Shown here piece after piece: positions 48,650-51,598 of a stretch of 51,598 bases of DNA. A program made the translations under genes and the position numbers. Numbering within the stretch: position 1 is the stretch's first letter; each line of letters opens with the position of its first letter. The notes beneath the pieces were generated by a model. The model was not told the DNA's origin. It ran no database searches and worked only from the letters and a program-made list of their open reading frames with translations. The stretch comes from a virus: IMG/VR virus record IMGVR_UViG_3300018466_000001, positions 1 to 51,598 of that record; one strand, given 5' to 3'.

Positions 48650-48678
48650 ACTATACGCTCCGGACGCCCTGTCGTCAA
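48650..48678 (-). promoter_or_regulatory. Promoter TTGACG-17-TATAGT for the tRNA-like RNA unit
   Basis: Read on the minus strand, back-to-back with the plus-strand promoter at 48697. Confidence 0.5.
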
Positions 48679-48696
48679 GAGACGATATCAAGACCC

Positions 48697-48725
48697 TTGC
48701 GCTCCTGCTCAGAGGGTGTTACCAT
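48697..48725 (+). promoter_or_regulatory. Candidate promoter TTGCGC-17-TACCAT for the cassette 48765-49297
   Basis: Spacing and hexamers read from the sequence. Confidence 0.4.
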
Positions 48726-48764
48726 TGGTACAGAGAGACTGCCGCCCTAGCCAGAGAGCCACCG

Positions 48765-48989
48765 ATGATCGACCTGACGATGACCCCGACTCGGATCAAG
48801 CGCGCGGAGCAAGAGTGGACCCGGTGTGCAGGTGGCCTGCCGATCCGCGTAGAGGGCACGGAGATCGGCGCTCCGATCTACGGCTTCGGTGATGAACTAG
48901 CGATCCGCCGCCTTGCGGACAAGATGAAGTGCGGAACGTTCGGCTATAGCAAGAATCTCGGCACGTGGTACTTCTGCAACCAGAAGTGA
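48765..48989 (+). CDS. Hypothetical protein (74 aa); plus-strand moron inside the head module
   Basis: ATG at 48765 with GAGAG upstream. Confidence 0.5.
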   Translation: MIDLTMTPTRIKRAEQEWTRCAGGLPIRVEGTEIGAPIYGFGDELAIRRLADKMKCGTFGYSKNLGTWYFCNQK

Positions 48990-49297
48990 GCAACTCCGAT
49001 TTAGGCGCGCTGCTCGCGTGGGCGCGCCCGCAGATGGCCAGTTTCTTCGCCAACCCACCCGAGGGCCTGTGCAGCGGGGCTAACTATCACGCCTCCGCAC
49101 TCGCCTGCTTGGACCAAGTCATTCGAGAAGGCGCTGGCGCACCCGACAAGATCCGGCTTGAAGCGGTGCATCAGGCCCGACAGTGGATGGGCAAGATCAT
49201 CGCTGACATGCCCGAGGGGAAATGCGAGGTCGGGGTTGCGGCATACGCCAAATGGGAGGCATGCATCCGAAAGTTACCGACTGCTTGGAGGCCGTGA
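48986..49297 (+). CDS. Hypothetical protein (103 aa)
   Basis: GTG at 48986 in a GTGA overlap. Confidence 0.45.
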   Translation: MSNSDLGALLAWARPQMASFFANPPEGLCSGANYHASALACLDQVIREGAGAPDKIRLEAVHQARQWMGKIIADMPEGKCEVGVAAYAKWEACIRKLPTAWRP

Positions 49298-49335
49298 CCG
49301 CCACCGAGTTTCTCCGCATGCCCCTTATCGACAGA

Positions 49336-49950
49336 TCACCTGAATTCCCATTCGCACTTGCATCGCGTACGGCAATCGCGTGCCCCAATCTCGGGTACTT
49401 CCCTGCTCTTGATCGGGTGCCAACCCGCCGCCGTGGCCGCCACGCACCCCGCGCACGAATCCCCACGGTGCCGCTTGTTGCGCTTCTCGGTAGATCCGCG
49501 CAAGTCCTGCTCGGCTATCTCTATGCGGTGGTAGAGAGGGCGTCCGGCTTGGGTGTATAGGTGCGCGCGGGCGTTCAGCCTGCCGTCCAGCAGTTGTCGG
49601 CCCGCCTGCACGTCCTGGGCGAAACCGCGTAGGTACTGGTACTGGCCTCGTACGTACTGCCCCACCCGCCCGTAATCCGCATCGCTCATCTGCGCCCAAC
49701 CACCCTTAGCAGCCGCAGCGCTGTAGAGGGAGACGTTCTTGATCTCGCGGCGCATGGCGACTTCCCAGGAGATCAGGTCTATGTTGCCGGTCCGCAGGGC
49801 TGTTGCGAGGCCGTCAATACGTTTCGTGGCGGTGTCTAGAGCTACGTCCAGCCACGCGCGGACCTGTGCAGGCTGAACAAATCGGCCGCCGGGTCCGCGA
49901 TACCTGCCTGCCACGCGGTCGTAAGTGTACTCAGGACGTTTGCGCGGCAT
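49336..49950 (-). CDS. Head morphogenesis/minor capsid protein (MuF/SPP1 gp7-like)
   Basis: 204 aa. C-terminal Cys cluster ...CAGC...DCRTRCKCEW resembles the CRC-type ending of gp7-family proteins. Position is between the portal and scaffold genes. Confidence 0.4.
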   Translation of the reverse strand: MPRKRPEYTYDRVAGRYRGPGGRFVQPAQVRAWLDVALDTATKRIDGLATALRTGNIDLISWEVAMRREIKNVSLYSAAAAKGGWAQMSDADYGRVGQYVRGQYQYLRGFAQDVQAGRQLLDGRLNARAHLYTQAGRPLYHRIEIAEQDLRGSTEKRNKRHRGDSCAGCVAATAAGWHPIKSREVPEIGARDCRTRCKCEWEFR

Positions 49951-50122
49951 CGCGCGCCTTTTCTAGGACGTTGAGTACCTGTTCAAGTTCTGAAGCGTCT
50001 ACATGTACCTGCGACGGACCAACCCGCATCCCGCCTCGCGTGCGCGCCTCTTCAATGGCTCGCCGCATGCGCTTGACGACGTGCGCGAGCAAGCCGCTAC
50101 GCAACTCTTGCACGTCGCTCAT
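49931..50122 (-). CDS. Hypothetical protein (63 aa)
   Basis: Internal ATG at 50122. Sequence begins MSDVQELRSGLLAHVVKRMRRAIEEA... Confidence 0.45.
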   Translation of the reverse strand: MSDVQELRSGLLAHVVKRMRRAIEEARTRGGMRVGPSQVHVDASELEQVLNVLEKARDAAQTS

Positions 50123-50166
50123 TTGCTGGTCCAGTTGCAACGCACGAACGCGTTCCGATCTTCTCG

Positions 50167-50634
50167 TTAGCGTCCATGCGACAACCCGCTTCGCTTCTGG
50201 AACCGGCGGTTTCGTCCCCGCCCGCGAGTCTGCCCAGTTGCGTGGTATGCAGGCGCGAACAGGGTCATCGTGGCGCTTGCCTTCTCGGCGCTCTCTCCTG
50301 CACGTGCAAGAGCGTCGGCGCTCGGGATAATGCTGTGCGCGTACGGGTTCGCACCCTGCGCCGCCTCCTCGGGACTCTTGCCATGGACAAGCAGGTCTCC
50401 CACCCGTTCCAGTGCCTTCTGCCGGGCAGGAGTGCCGTCGAACAGGGGGCATCGAGACACGGCGGTCTCGTATTCCTCCTGAGTTCGACAGACCGCGCGC
50501 ACGCGGTGCTGGGCCGCCTGCATGTCCAGCATCGCGTGTAGGGCAAGGTTCCACTGGAGCAGGCGCGCGCGTAGCGTACCAATGCCGACCCCAACACCAT
50601 CCGCGACCACGCGAGAAAGTTCTTTAGCGTCCAT
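50167..50634 (-). CDS. Hypothetical protein (155 aa)
   Basis: ATG at 50634 with GGAGGTG upstream. Palindrome copy 13 lies 20 nt upstream. Confidence 0.5.
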   Translation of the reverse strand: MDAKELSRVVADGVGVGIGTLRARLLQWNLALHAMLDMQAAQHRVRAVCRTQEEYETAVSRCPLFDGTPARQKALERVGDLLVHGKSPEEAAQGANPYAHSIIPSADALARAGESAEKASATMTLFAPAYHATGQTRGRGRNRRFQKRSGLSHGR

Positions 50635-50869
50635 CCGCCACCTCCGCCCTGTTGGAAATTGTTTCCACGTCGATACCAGCGGCTTCGATCTTGGACACCG
50701 GCATAACGAAGCGCCTCGTGACCCAGCCTTGCGCGATGGGGATCAGCACCGTCAGGAAGGTGCCCCAAAGCGTTGCCTTCTCGCCGCTCAGGATGCCGTA
50801 GGAGACAAGCAGGGCCATGCCGGCACCGATCACGCCCACGGCCATGGCTGGCTCTCGTGAGACCTTCAT
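50624..50869 (-). CDS. Two-TM membrane protein (81 aa), holin-like
   Basis: ATG at 50869 (ATGA). Hydrophobic segments AMAVGVIGAGMALLVSYGIL and LWGTFLTVLIPIAQGWV. Confidence 0.4.
   Translation of the reverse strand: MKVSREPAMAVGVIGAGMALLVSYGILSGEKATLWGTFLTVLIPIAQGWVTRRFVMPVSKIEAAGIDVETISNRAEVADGR
50654..50666. repeat. Palindrome copy 13, GGAAATTGTTTCC
   Basis: In the 3' end of CDS 50624-50869 (VETISN), 20 nt upstream of ATG 50634. Confidence 0.9.
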
Positions 50870-51126
50870 AGCGGCGCTTCCTCGCGCGGTGCGTGAATTA
50901 TGATCGTGCGTCCGTCGTGCAGAAGTATCCACCCCGGCGCCTTGCCGTGCCCGCAAAAACTCTTCGCGGTCAGGATGCCGTGCGCGTTGAGGGCGTTAAC
51001 CAGCGGGGCTATGCAGGCATCCACCCCCTTGACGTCCGGATGCGTCTTGCCGTTGTGCGCTAGATTAGCGGGCACAATCACCGGCAGCAGCACATCCGTT
51101 CCCCACTCGCACATTATGGCCTCCAC
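50866..51126 (-). CDS. Cys/His-containing protein (86 aa; alternative ATG at 51114)
   Basis: MCEWGTD...HPDVKGVDACIAPLV...SFCGHGKAPGW. Confidence 0.45.
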   Translation of the reverse strand: MEAIMCEWGTDVLLPVIVPANLAHNGKTHPDVKGVDACIAPLVNALNAHGILTAKSFCGHGKAPGWILLHDGRTIIIHAPREEAPL

Positions 51127-51314
51127 CCTTGGTGCAGTGCGCGGATAACGGCGGCCAACCCGAGTATGTCATCGTCCGTGAAGTCGGGCACGTTCCCGCC
51201 CTTGCCGCGCAGGTACCAGTACCCTCGCGGAGTGCGGGTCGCGAGGCCGCCGCTTGGCAGTGCGTAGTCCTGCTCGCCGTGCTGGTTGGAGGTTATCACC
51301 TTATGGTCGCTCAT
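51114..51314 (-). CDS. Hypothetical protein (66 aa)
   Basis: ATG at 51314 in an ATGA overlap. Confidence 0.5.
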   Translation of the reverse strand: MSDHKVITSNQHGEQDYALPSGGLATRTPRGYWYLRGKGGNVPDFTDDDILGLAAVIRALHQGWRP

Positions 51315-51469
51315 GCGTCCCCCGCGTATTCAGTTGCTTCCAGAAGGTTGACGGCCACTGGCTCCGTGTCGGCGCGCCACGCGGCCACGGCGCTGGCACG
51401 GTCGCTTAGCGAAATCGCGGAGAAGCCGTCCAACTCCGCATCGGTGAGGTCGGGGAGCGGCTCAGCCAT
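51311..51469 (-). CDS. Hypothetical acidic protein (52 aa)
   Basis: Internal ATG at 51469 (MAEPLPDLTDAELDGF...). Overlaps the stop of the junction-spanning gene by 8 nt. Confidence 0.45.
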   Translation of the reverse strand: MAEPLPDLTDAELDGFSAISLSDRASAVAAWRADTEPVAVNLLEATEYAGDA

Positions 51470-51475
51470 TGTCCA

Positions 51476-51598
51476 CCCTAATCCTGTACGCTTGCATCTT
51501 CTCGCCGGCCAAGGGGTCCCCAATCCACTCCAACACCATAGCGTTCAAAGCGATGTCGCACTTGGCGCAGATGCCCCGGTAGACGTTGCCGTCCGCGC
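51476..51598. repeat. Terminal direct repeat copy 2 (identical to 1-123)
   Basis: Exact 123-nt identity with the window start. Confidence 0.95.

Noticed and set aside
1-51598. CRISPR arrays, diversity-generating retroelement, toxin-antitoxin pairs and transposons
   Set aside because: There are no regularly spaced direct repeats, no reverse-transcriptase-like ORF, and no template/variable repeat pair near the fibre genes. I could recognise no transposase or classic TA pair from the sequence.

Overview
The window is a complete, GC-rich genome of a tailed, siphovirus-like phage. Bases 1-123 repeat exactly at 51476-51598, so the unit length is about 51,475 bp, either circular or terminally redundant. 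A minus-strand ORF reads straight across that join.

Most genes are on the minus strand and many are linked by ATGA/GTGA start-stop overlaps.
- **Late block (8545 down through 1, then 51475 down to 33795):** a regulator, Amidase_2 endolysin, membrane proteins, an HTH small-terminase candidate, large terminase, portal, many small ORFs and a MuF-like protein. These are followed by scaffold, decoration-like protein, major capsid, head-tail connectors, major tail, G/G-T chaperone with a GGGAAAA slippery site, tape measure and tail/fibre proteins.
- **Early/replication block (23812 down to 10407):** XRE and RHH regulators, Rad52-like annealase, RusA-like resolvase, replication organiser and DnaC-like loader.
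- **Small operon (30441 down to 27098):** ends in a PP-loop (PAPS-reductase-like) ATPase.
- **Four plus-strand cassettes:** 8.6-10.4 kb, 23.9-27.1 kb, 30.5-33.8 kb and 48.8-49.3 kb. Each starts at a near-consensus sigma70-type promoter. Three of them sit back-to-back with a leaderless-looking promoter for an HTH regulator.

I saw no integrase, CRISPR array or reverse transcriptase.

The observations most worth following up:
1. Two tandem paralogous Cys/Thr-rich peptides of about 105 aa, with a conserved leader-like N-terminus (RiPP-precursor-like), lie between terminase and portal.
2. A 13-bp palindrome GGAAA-N3-TTTCC occurs 13 times. It is read in one codon register wherever it overlaps minus-strand CDS.
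3. A promoter-driven, ORF-poor RNA island holds tRNA-Gln(UUG), an aberrant 118-nt tRNA-like element and an RNA ligase.
4. A second tRNA-like small-RNA unit has its own promoter and terminator.
5. Conserved cassette-junction repeats and inverted paralogous modules occur in the plus-strand cassettes.

All functional calls come from reading motifs, gene order and size. No database search was possible.
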